A DNA stretch of 62,161 nt, the filler included, from Rhabdomonas costata (Eukaryota): NCBI GenBank assembly GCA_019059605.1. It is 24 parts of 24 records of this genome, joined end to end, with 100 filler letters (N's around TTAATTAATTAA, not from the genome) between each part and the next. Parts side by side here need not be neighbours in the genome. Positions count along the whole stretch, not along the records: positions 51,889 to 54,381 come from JAHMHO010003161.1; positions 54,482 to 56,974 come from JAHMHO010003162.1; positions 57,075 to 59,568 come from JAHMHO010003163.1; positions 59,669 to 62,161 come from JAHMHO010003164.1; 20 more parts are not named here. One strand, written 5' to 3'. The first letter of the stretch is position 1. Each line of letters opens with the position of its first letter. Below, in pieces: positions 52,124 through 62,161 of the stretch. Position numbers and translations under genes: made by a program. The notes under the pieces are model-generated. The model was given only the letters and a program-made list of their open reading frames with translations. It was not told the origin of the DNA and made no database searches.

Positions 52124-54381
52124 CTTGCCGCTACAGCCCGGTTGACCTGGGGTGGATGCTGGAGTTCTCTCCCCCAAACGCCTACACCTCTCCGGCCTAC
52201 CCCTGCACCACGGCCCTGGGGACCTACGCGGAGTGCCAGTTCGCGGACCTCTCCACGGCGCAATCATTCTGCAGCAACTTCACCGACTGCCTGGGGGTGG
52301 TCTCGGTGCGCAACTCCAGTTTCTGCGTGGGCCAGGCCGAGCTGTGCTTCGTCGCCCGCCGTGGGGACCTCGTGGAGGTCCCCTCTGGGGTGAAGTACTC
52401 CGCGTTCTACCCCTGGCAACGGGAGCTGGGTGCAGCCTCCCCCGCTCCCCCTCCCCCTGGCCTTTTCGATGCAATATATCCCACCGATCTGCAACTCTTG
52501 TCGCATCAGTCCAAAACGCTCTCATTTTGGATTTTCTCCTGCCTTCGTTTTCGTCCTTTTACATCCTTGACTGGCCACCATTCCATCCTCTCTCTCATTC
52601 TCATTCTCCTTGCTGCTTTGCGTTGCCCTTTCCATCGCATATCTCTCTCTCGGCCATGGCTCCGTGGGATCTCTTTAAACGACTTCCCCAACTTTCTCTG
52701 CCTGGTTTCAGTGGGCTCCTTTTTTTTTTCGCTACAGAGTCTTCGCTGGACCTGTACTCCTCGCCGCTGAATGTTTCCTTCGACCTGTACCACACCTCCA
52801 CGGTTCTGCTGGAGCAGCACGTCACCCTGGGCTCCAGCACTTCCTCTTCCTCCGGGGGCTACCTCGCCTCCATTTCCCTCCCGCTGTGGGTGAAGTTCGG
52901 GCCTCTGAAGGCCGACACCTACCTCCGGATTTACGCCGCGAAGAGCTCTGCCACCGGGGCAGTCTCCTCAGGGCAGGACACCACGCTCTGGGCGCCCTCT
53001 GCGGCTGTACCGGGATCTTCTGTTCCAGGAACAGCCACCCTCGCCCTGGAGGACTGGGTGAAGTTTGACTTTACTCTGACGACCCCCCCGATGGCGGTTC
53101 AGCCTGGGGACTCACTGACCTTCGCGGTGCAGCTGTTCTCCACAATCACCGGCGGGACGTGCAGCCAAGGGGTTTGCACGGCTGGGCTGGTGGGGCAGCA
53201 CTGCTCCGCCAACCAGTACTGCCAGGAATGGATTTTCCGCCATAACTTCACTTCAGATGGCCTCCCTGCCTTTGAGATGTGGATGAAGATGTGGACGCTG
53301 GCCAGCAGTAGGTCGAGTCGGCATTTTCGTCAAAAGCCTTTCCACTCCCCACCGTTGTGAATGAGCTTGCCTGCCTTACTTGCCTGACGCATCTTGCCCA
53401 TCGGTTGGCCGTTCGCGTTTGTTGAGTCGTCTGTGCGACACGCCTCAGGAGACTGTCGCGGTTGCCGCGGGAGACCTGGCTTCCTCCGCGGGCCACTTGC
53501 TGGCAAGCTCCAAACTGGCAGCCTCCTCGCTGGCCTTCTCCCTGTCCGTCACGGAATTCGTGACAGGTGCTGATTGTGCTCATTACAAGAGAAGTGGCTC
53601 CTTCTGTTGGCGCTGTAGCCCCCCTCGTGGAGGTCAAGTGGCTTGTTTCTCTTCGTGGTCGAGCATAGCATAGCATAGGATCCCCGTAGTCCCCCAGAAT
53701 GAGAGTATGGAGCTTCTGCCCCCCTTGTAACCGCTGGCCCTTTGAATCTTTGTTCCAGAAGGAAAGACGAAAGACGGCTTCCAAAAAAGTTATGTTACTG
53801 CGCTGCGGAGATTTTGGGCGCGATCTCTGTTGCGTTCATGTAGTGTGATGTGTTGAGCTATTTGAAACCTACCGTCACGCCCCTCCCCCCTCCCGCCGGT
53901 TTCCCTTTTCTGCTGCCTTTCTCTCTCTTTCTTTCTTTCTCAGAAAGCAGCGACTACGAACAGAACACGCTCACGGGATGCTACAACTGGGCCTCCTTGT
54001 GCCCCGGGCTGTATTCCAGCTCTGCCGAAGTGCAGGCCATCACGGCCCCCCTGCAGGCCCACGGCGAGTACCTGCTGCCCCAGACCTGTCTCACCCCGGC
54101 GTGCGCCTGTTACCCCTACCTCAGCCGCTCGGGGCTGGCCTCCTCCGCACCCTCCGCCGTGGAGTGCCGGCAGATGTGCGACCAGGACCCCCTGTGCCAG
54201 GTCTACACCTGGGACGACAGCACCGGAACTTGCCTGCTCTCCTCCACGGGCGAGGGCTGCATGTACAGCTACGAGCCCGACCAGACGACCTACGTGAAGT
54301 ACTCTGCGCAGAACCCGAGCTCGGATCCTACGGATTACGCCGGTGGGGTGCCCCAGGACTACACCTTCGTGAAGTTCTGCG
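52124..54381 (+). CDS. Large Cys-rich extracellular protein with PAN/apple-like module(s), partial; exons 52124-52429, 52738-53307, 53944-54381
   Basis: SAVECRQMCDQDPLCQVYTWDDSTGTCLL (PAN/apple pattern); phase-1 GT-AG junctions; strong coding bias. Confidence 0.75.
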
Positions 54382-54499
54382 NNNNNNNNNNNNNNNNNNN
54401 NNNNNNNNNNNNNNNNNNNNNNNNNTTAATTAATTAANNNNNNNNNNNNNNNNNNNNNNNNNNNNNNNNNNNNNNNNNNNNTGTTGGTTGGTTGACTCC

Positions 54500-56770
54500 T
54501 ACGAAGACAAAGAAGAGCTGAAATGATTGCCTTATGAAATCATGAAAACAAATGCGGTCCCAAATACTGTATAAATATAGCGTGCCGCTCTCACACGGCG
54601 TTTCTCGTGCATGACGTTCACACGCTCATGCCTCTGATGATCGCCATTCAGAAAGACATAAAAAATGTGATGATGACTTACAACCTGAAGCTGAGGCTGA
54701 CGGGAAAATCTTGTTTGCACACTTTGGCACTTTAATATAGCGCGGATAAGAGCGTCTTAGGCAAATACTTTCAAGCCATCGTTGTTACACAAATTCCATG
54801 CCACTGATAGTCAGCATAAAGAGAATATTTTTTATTCCAATGCCAGGATCTCAATTATTCACAAAATACTTTAACAGCTTTAATTTGCTGCTGGTGGAGG
54901 TGGTGTTTGGAAGAAAATGTTGTGGAAGTTGGTCTCGATTAGCAATTGGCACAGTTCTGCATCCGCCTCTGGAAGTGGGAACTCCGCATGTCCTGCCCTA
55001 GTGTCGGTGGGTTGTGGTGACCACCTGGGCTTCTGTTCTCTCCGCGCTGCTGCTTCTGCTGATGACACTGGACATAAATGGTATTTGGGACGATTCGGAT
55101 ACACAGGAGGTGGAAACAGGTGGTGGATAACTTGCGCTTTTGACTGCTTCTCCAGATGTACAATTCCATCCCCTTGGCATGAAACACTAGTTAAAAAGAA
55201 AGAAAGATGAAATTTTCTCGTAACTGCGGAGCGTTGTGAGTCGCGGAACCATATAATTATCGTGTTGAAATACATCACATACTTTCTTCTGAGTTTTTTG
55301 GTGTAACTGTTCTTATATTAAATCTATGACTGCCATTGTAAATGTAGAATTTAAGCAAAGACATGAAGGCCAGCGACGCCTTCCAGTAAAAGATTTTGGG
55401 CATCATGTGTGCTAAACCCGTGTCCTTGAGGTCTTTTTGTCGAATCCCAGAATGTCCTGTAAGCAAATCGTGTCGAATAAAAGGGCACTCAGTATACTAT
55501 GGGGCTTTGTCATGGAACTGCCTCCCAAATGGTTTGTAACCACTTTTATTGGCACATCTCACGTCATTTTGACTCAAAACTGCCCAGACTGCTGGCAAGA
55601 CGGAAATTGCCGCAAAAGGCCTTGATAACACCACATTGGAAATCAGTGTACCCTTGCACGAAGCAAAATGACCAGTAGTATCGAAATGAAGAGCAAATGA
55701 CACCGCGAAAACAAAATTGATTCAATTAACTGACCGTGTTGGCATATGAGCTGCAAATGCATTACCACAAATGGCGAACGGCGACCACTTGCTGAATCGA
55801 AGTGTGGCACATTACCCATTATGAGACAGTGTCCCGGGTGTAGGCGCCTCAACGTGCCATTGTTCTACACAAAGATTGCTTCCAGTACTTTCAATCTCTG
55901 AAACCAACACTACCCTGCTACTGAAAGCGAGGACTTGTCAAGCACCTTGCCCACAAAGTACCACGGAGGATTTGCAAAATAATTTGGTCCTTTCTCGGTG
56001 GTAGTTGAAAGCGTTGTTATAATCTGTACCCAGGTCTCCAGGATCATCCGAATAGCACCTGCTCAATTGGTAATGTTTTAGTCTCGCAAACATCCCACTT
56101 GATGAAACATGTCAACGCAATTGCAGATTACGAGAAACACAACATCAAATGCTCCTCAATTCCAAAGCTTGGATGCGTCTCATGGCCTTGGAACGGCACT
56201 TCTAAACAAGAATGCGCTCTCCAACTTAAAGTGGACTAAACCGCTGTGCATGCTGCTCAACTTCGCTATAGAGTACCAATCCCATGCATTGTTTTAAAAC
56301 TGGAAGTTGAGTTGCCTCTTGCGGTGGTTATGGTTGTAACTTAAGCACAGTTACCTCCCGATTTAAACGGACCACATTGTGGGTATGTTTCGATTGCTTT
56401 TTTATCCTCTCAGTATTAGATCACTTAAATAAATACACCACAAATGTTTCATCCTCATTAACTGCATTGGTATGGATAATTTATGTGGAGAAAAATGAGT
56501 TGCTAGGAGAAGGCACGACTTTAGCAGATCACATATTGCTGCTGTTCGTGAAACCACGTCCACTAGCGGCCATTCTGCATCAGGTATGTCAATGGCACTG
56601 CAGCACAGGCGTAGTTTGTCACGAACATCTGATAGAACCCACAGAGGCCCAGAAATCTCGTGACTACTGTGACATTTTTTTGTCACTGACCAATGTCTGC
56701 TGACGAGAAGCTTCTGTGGTTTTGTATGATTCCAGCTCTTTCGAGTATAAACCATCAGTATTAGACCTCT
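54500..56770 (-). mobile_element. Decayed Ty3/Gypsy LTR-retrotransposon pol (RT thumb, RNase H, N6-MTase-like domain, integrase remnants)
   Basis: KNVTVVTRFLGLCGFYQMFVTNYACAAVPLTYLM...WTW..EQQ (56670-56540); MFARLKHYQLSRCYS...NAF / YFANPPWYFVGKVLDK...WFQRL (56095-55880); CH...GGH...NCANC and ISGMEFV (55070-54788). Many stops and frameshifts. Confidence 0.78.
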
Positions 56771-57074
56771 GGAGGCGCCCACGTGCACGTCTCGTGTCTA
56801 CTTGTACACCAGTGTCAGCTTGCTGATGTGTCGGTATTACACTACCATCCTCAGCTTCCAGCGGCGCACGTGAGTGTGGGTATGACTTCCTGGTTTCGCT
56901 GATCGTGGTCGGGGTTTGGTTTCGGTGTTCTGTCCTTCCGCTTAGGTTGTGCGAAAGGACAGAAAACCCACACANNNNNNNNNNNNNNNNNNNNNNNNNN
57001 NNNNNNNNNNNNNNNNNNTTAATTAATTAANNNNNNNNNNNNNNNNNNNNNNNNNNNNNNNNNNNNNNNNNNNN

Positions 57075-57260
57075 GGTTAGGAAGCGATGCACGTGCCCCC
57101 TAGATCACGATATTTCATCTCGCATGGGGTTAGGAAGCGATGCACGTGCCCCCTAGATCAGGATATTTCATCTCGCATGGGGTTAGGAAGCGATGCACGT
57201 GCCCCCTAGATCAGGATATTTCGTCTCGCATGGGGTTTGGAGGCGATGCACGTGTCCCCT
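57075..57260 (+). repeat. 53-bp minisatellite, 3.5 copies, running off the contig start
   Basis: Unit GGTTAGGAAGCGATGCACGTGCCCCCTAGATCAGGATATTTCATCTCGCATGG at 57075, 57128, 57181 and partial at 57234. Confidence 0.95.
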
Positions 57261-57558
57261 AAAAAAAGGTACACTGCTGAAGGTATGCTATTATTCAAAC
57301 AGGGTAGAAAAGGGACCTCGCAAATCACTGCAAATTAATTAGCCATGATGGAAATAAGAGAGGCCCTGCTTGGCGGGCAAGTTAACGGTTACTGAGTGTA
57401 ATCATTTTTTCGGTTTGTTGTTTCACTGAGGACGTTTCTTTTTGCGGTTGCTGGAGGGAAAGTGAAAGGCTGGAACCGCAACCACCGAAAGGTAAGACCA
57501 AGTTTATCTGCGCGAGCGCGGCTGTCCCTGCGAGGCGCTTGCTCGGCTGTGCCCACAC

Positions 57559-58825
57559 CTGACCCTCGGAGCACCGCAGCCCAGCCACTCTGCCATTGCC
57601 ATCCAAGCGAATCGTCTGAGCCGACCGCCGGAGGACATACGTCCCTGCAATGCAGCAGAAGCAGGAAGGAAACCTCAAAATGGTTGGGCAAGGGGGCAAA
57701 AAGTTCTGACGTCTCTGAAAAGTGTTCAGAGTGTTTGGGTTGGGTGCAATGGAGCAAATTGCTTCCCACCTCTTATGATTCCGGGAAAAGAAATACAGTA
57801 CACATTTTGCACAGCTTTCTCATCTCCTCGAAGCGGCAGGTGGAAAGCAGAGTCCTCCTGCACAACAGATTCCGTGGGGGATTTCAGCAAGGCCAAATTT
57901 GACCGCGAAACTTCAAATGCAAAGATATATGTACTCAGGCAACGTCGTCGTTTTAATGTTCAAGAATGTTGTTTTGAAATTCTTGCGAAACAACACCTCA
58001 TCTGCTGCCCACCACAACAGCACAAAGCATGAACGATCTCCCTCCCAGATATGCATAGGATACCGCCGTACACTGCCGAGACGCGGCAGAAGACCTGCGG
58101 CACCTCCGCGACGCCGTAGCAATTGTACAGAAAAGCCGTATCCCCGAACCGTCCCACCGATGCAAGGTACATCTGAGGAAGCAAGGCACCAGGAAAATAA
58201 TAACAAAAAAACCTTAACATAATGACCTTATCAGGCTGGGAGGCAAGCACACACAGTTAACTGGGAAGGTGTCAAGAAAGCGGTGCCACATCAAACGTTT
58301 CCGAAAAATGCACCCCATGCCGCTCTCAAGACCTTCGCACATCAAATTCCAAACGAATGAAAAACACAAGAGGACATAAACCTTCAGGTTGTTCACAGCC
58401 TGCCCAGTAGAGAGCCCGTACTGCGCAGGGAGGGGGTGCAGGGCCAAGGCGTGGGCGACAAACTCCACGAGGTCCTCACCCAGCCCTTTTTTTTTGAAGG
58501 GGGGGGGGGACGGAATATGCAGAGATCGTGTGCGCATTCCCGCGCCAACAAAATCACCGAAGGCGGCAACTTCGGATAGCCCACATGATGTGGCGTGTAG
58601 CATAGGCCCCTACTCCCTTAGCCTCTGCCAACAGGGTTAAAACGATGCAGTCGCAAACACAACATCTGATGGCTGACACTGCTTGCAACAAAAAGGCAAA
58701 TATCTCTCCCACCCCATTTCAAGAACCTTTGGATTGCAAAAAGGTCGCGAAGGGCTTCTCTTGCTCTTCTTTAGACAGCGCGAGCTCATCTGACATCACC
58801 TGCTTCATCAGAGCCATCAGCTGAC
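57559..58825 (-). CDS. Rab escort protein (REP/CHM/MRS6; GDI superfamily), internal exons 58825-58727, 58485-58382, 58172-58064, 57644-57559
   Basis: EKPFATFLQSKGLGEDLVEFVAHALAL...MYLASVGRFGDTAFLYNCYGVAEVPQVFCRVSAVYGGTYVLR. FCR rather than FAR favours REP over GDI. Confidence 0.88.
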
Positions 58826-59147
58826 CTACAACCCCACACCTCCATTGTGACCATCACATGCCCTCCATGCGGAACAGAAAACAGAGAAACAAACACCGAA
58901 GCCCAATGTTGAATCGCACACTGTTGCCACCCAGCAGCAGGAAAAATACACAGCGCAATTCAGTCAGCAGCAATCCCTACCTTCATACTGTGCTTGCTCA
59001 CCAGTCAGTCCGGGTTTTCTGGACCAATTGATGACCCTGCGCCCTCTTCTTACTCTGCACTTGTGTGTATGCGCTCTCCGCTGTTAGTGATGCTGGACAG
59101 AGCATGAGACACTGCAGCTTCGAAGTCAATGACTTTAAACTTTCGGG

Positions 59148-59222
59148 GAGCACAGCACAACACAGCACAGCACAGCACAGCACAGCACAGCACAGCACAG
59201 CACAGCACAGCACAGCACAGCA
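59148..59222 (+). repeat. (CAGCA)n microsatellite
   Basis: Tandem pentamers. Confidence 0.95.
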
Positions 59223-59859
59223 CACACAAACACACACTTGGTGCACTTGGCAAGGGTGAATTTCCCCCCTGGGTTCCCACCTTTCGATGGGGCATGGGCC
59301 CATAGAGCCTCACACCCTTGTCGGCCCATGGTACCTTGTCCCGTTGTCTTGTCATGTAGGGTTGTCTTACATATGATCCCTGATCCACAGTGTAGGCGGG
59401 GCCTTAGGAACCCCGATTGGCGCTTCTAGAGATCTCTTTGTGGGTACCCAACCTTCCGCGTTCGTGCGCTTCCCCTTGGCCCGAATGCCCTTGCGGGGTT
59501 TGGGTCCTCAATCCCACTCCCAGCTTGGACCCGCTTTCCTGGTGGACGGGGATCATATGTAAAACAACNNNNNNNNNNNNNNNNNNNNNNNNNNNNNNNN
59601 NNNNNNNNNNNNTTAATTAATTAANNNNNNNNNNNNNNNNNNNNNNNNNNNNNNNNNNNNNNNNNNNNCAGCAGAATGGGAAAGGGTGCTGGGAGGAAAG
59701 CGGATGCGCACACGCATGCACACAGAATAAAGAAGAAAAGAGAATGACGATTATGGAAGTGGAGAAGCGGAATTTTCCGGATCAGAAAGGAGGAGACCAC
59801 AGATCAAAGCTCGAGATCTGGAATACCCATTTTCAATGCTTCTTTTGTCGTTTGCAAAG

Positions 59860-61595
59860 GCCTCCCCGCAGTCCGCTGCCTGCGGCGAGGCCCTAGTCTC
59901 TGCTTTGATTGCCGAGAAGGCTGACCTCCATGCCACGGTGTGTGCATGGTGCTGATTTGGATGGGTGACTGCTATGAATGGGAGGCGGTGGTTGTGCTCA
60001 CTAAGAACGGTCTTTGTTGCGGGTTCCGCTTTGGAGCGATCATAATGACTCTCTGGGTTTGTTGTTCCGCAGACTTCTATATGAACTATGTTTCTCAGCA
60101 TTGGGTTGTTTACGGTATTGTTGCCTGTGATTTGCACTTTGGGATCGCCACACAGATGAAATAGTGCCATTTCATAGCTCCTCATTTTCGACGCCTGAAT
60201 CTATTCTCGCCCATTGGTAGAAAACAACGGTGAGTAGCCAGAACAGATTCTAAAACTCCTGGGCCTGTACGACCCGTCGTCTCTCCTTTCTCAACTCAAA
60301 CCAAGCTCATAGGGGTTGCCGCTTTTTTGTCTCCACGATGCCACCTCGAGGTCACCTCCTTTTGTCATTGAATTTTCCCTCTTGGGTAGGATACCGCTGG
60401 GAAGATGGCCATGCACTACGCCTCGAGTTTGGGTAACTTCCACGCCGTGGCCGCTCTTCTTAAGGCCGGCGCCAAGCCAGACAAACTGGTCTGAGAGCAC
60501 CTTGCTGTGTGGTGAGAGAGGGTAGAGTACCTGCCTGCCTTGTTTTGCTAGTATCGTATGTGCAGTAGTGTGAAGTGATGCAATGGAATAGCCTGCTGTA
60601 CCTTGTTACCTGGTTATATGGTGTTTGCAGCTGGGGTGCAAGTGAAACTGTATGATGTCGTGCATGCAATTCGCTTGTGCAGGACGCACAAGGGAACACG
60701 CCGCTGCGATGCGCCGCAGCCCTGAAGGACGCCCCAGAGATGCTATTCCGAACTCTGCTGGACGGCGGGGCCTCGGCCAACGCGATTCGGGTGCGCTTGC
60801 GCCCTTTTTTTTTTCGCGGGGAGTGGATATCCATTAGATGCACTGGATGTAGACTGTGCTCCGTTCTTCTTCTGCTTCTCAATATTTCACGCATCGTCGA
60901 GATACGTGTTATTTCCGTTTGTTGGCGTTTGGTTGCTGGTGCCTGCAATGCCTGCCCCCATTGATCTGAGCCTTTTGCTCCACAATCCGGTTAGCAGCCT
61001 GCTCTTTGCCCGGGCAGTGAACTCCCATAATGGATTGCACATGTCCCAATCCTGATTTCTCCTCAGCCGAGACCGGGTGATCGCATTTCCCATGGTCCGG
61101 ATTGGAAATGGAGGGACCACGGCCCCAACGGTCGTGTCCTGGTGGTTGGGGGCGACGGCTATTGCAAAGTGAAGTGGGAGGCTGACGGCACCGAGCCGGA
61201 CGTCTACCGCTGCCACTGTACTGTGGATGGCGGCTCCTTTCTCGACCTGCTTGCGGTGGACATTGCAGAGGTTTGCGCATTCGGGTTCGTTTTATCTTCT
61301 CTTTGCGAAAATCTTCGAATGCGATGCAATCTCGCGCCTAACACGGGACCCACTCTTCAACTCTTTCCTGCTCTCGTAGGACTTGGACCGACTGCCCTTC
61401 GCGGCAGCTCTGCGGCTGGGCAACGACAAGGCAGCGGTGCTTCTGCTGGTGCCCAGCCTGGCGACAGGGGTGGTGCGGCCCAGCGCCGTGGTGGATGTGC
61501 AAGCGGGCTCCACGTGGGCCCACCTGGCCGTCGCCATGGCCACTCCGGAGACTCTGGAGATGCTGCTCTCCTCTGGTGCCAATCCCAACGTCCAG
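59860..61595 (+). CDS. Ankyrin-repeat protein with inserted MIB/HERC2 domain, partial; exons 59860-59937, 60390-60488, 60683-60790, 61067-61270, 61380-61595
   Basis: DTAGKMAMHYASSLGN, DAQGNTPLRCAA and GSTWAHLAV ankyrin repeats; PGDRISHGPDWKWRDH...GYCKVKWEADG...YR (MIB/HERC2). All junctions are phase-0 GT-AG. Confidence 0.85.
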
Positions 61596-62161
61596 GTGCC
61601 CGCCGCGAAAACGCCACCACAATACCATATCGCCGCGCGCCTTCCTCTGGTCCCTGTCCCGGGGTCTGTCTGGCTCTTTTTCGTGAGGTTCGACCCAGCA
61701 CCAAGAAAATGAGGAGTGTCTGTGGGTTTTGGCACCCGCTGGTATTTGATCCGAAAAAGTGGCTGTGTGAGTTGTGTGGGGGTAACGGGAGTGGGTATAG
61801 TGAATGTGCTCACCGAACGCACCAATCGGGATGAGTAATGATGAGTAAGGGGGAGGGGTTGAAGGTGGTGTAGCACTCCCACAGCCCTATCTCCTTTCTG
61901 GTTTGCTGGCAGATTTGGTGCTCTGGAGGGCAATGCTATGGATGTGCTCCCCGTTGGTAAAAAAAAATACGAAACTCGAGTTAGCTTGGATTTTACTTCA
62001 GTTTGCCAACAACACGCTGCAGGGTATCGTGGGGATTGGGGGTGATTGGAGATGTGGCAGAGGGTGGGGTTGGTTCTGGGGCCCTTAACTATTGCACAGC
62101 TGCACGACTGCTCCTTATATCAATAAACTTTCATTTGTGAGCGCTGAGAATGTGCTGCACA

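Noticed and set aside
57075-57260. CRISPR-like array
   Set aside because: Head-to-tail identical units with no variable spacers, eukaryotic context, no cas genes.

Overview
This is not one locus. It is 24 unrelated contigs of about 2.5 kb joined by N-spacers that carry TTAATTAATTAA (stops in all six frames). The DNA is from an intron-rich eukaryote: standard code, GT-AG introns and one probable GC-AG intron. It is most likely a protist; the cyclase type fits a euglenozoan or amoebozoan, but this is not provable here. Most contig ends are G/T-only at 5' and A/C-only at 3', which suggests primer-based whole-genome amplification. Genes reconstructed by hand: EF-hand protein, TPR-UIM-zinc finger protein, Ser/Thr kinase, degenerate class III nucleotidyl cyclase, DJ-1/PfpI, DENR/TMA22, two acyl-CoA synthetase fragments, hemerythrin-domain protein, ZYS1-like Cys-rich secreted protein, C2-like protein, acylated sensor-receiver protein, two ankyrin proteins (one with MIB/HERC2), FCP1/SCP-type phosphatase, ARL1, PAN/apple surface protein and Rab escort protein. 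Best leads: (1) a decayed Ty3/Gypsy pol with an NPPW N6-adenine methyltransferase-like domain between RT/RNase H and integrase; (2) an intronless MGCxCSC-acylated fusion of a bacterial-type PAS-like/Cys-His zinc sensor to a receiver domain; (3) a Merlin/IS1595 transposon fragment in a cyclase intron, plus a related MITE-like element; (4) a complete gene apparently nested antisense in an acyl-CoA synthetase intron. All family calls are from motif recognition, not database searches.
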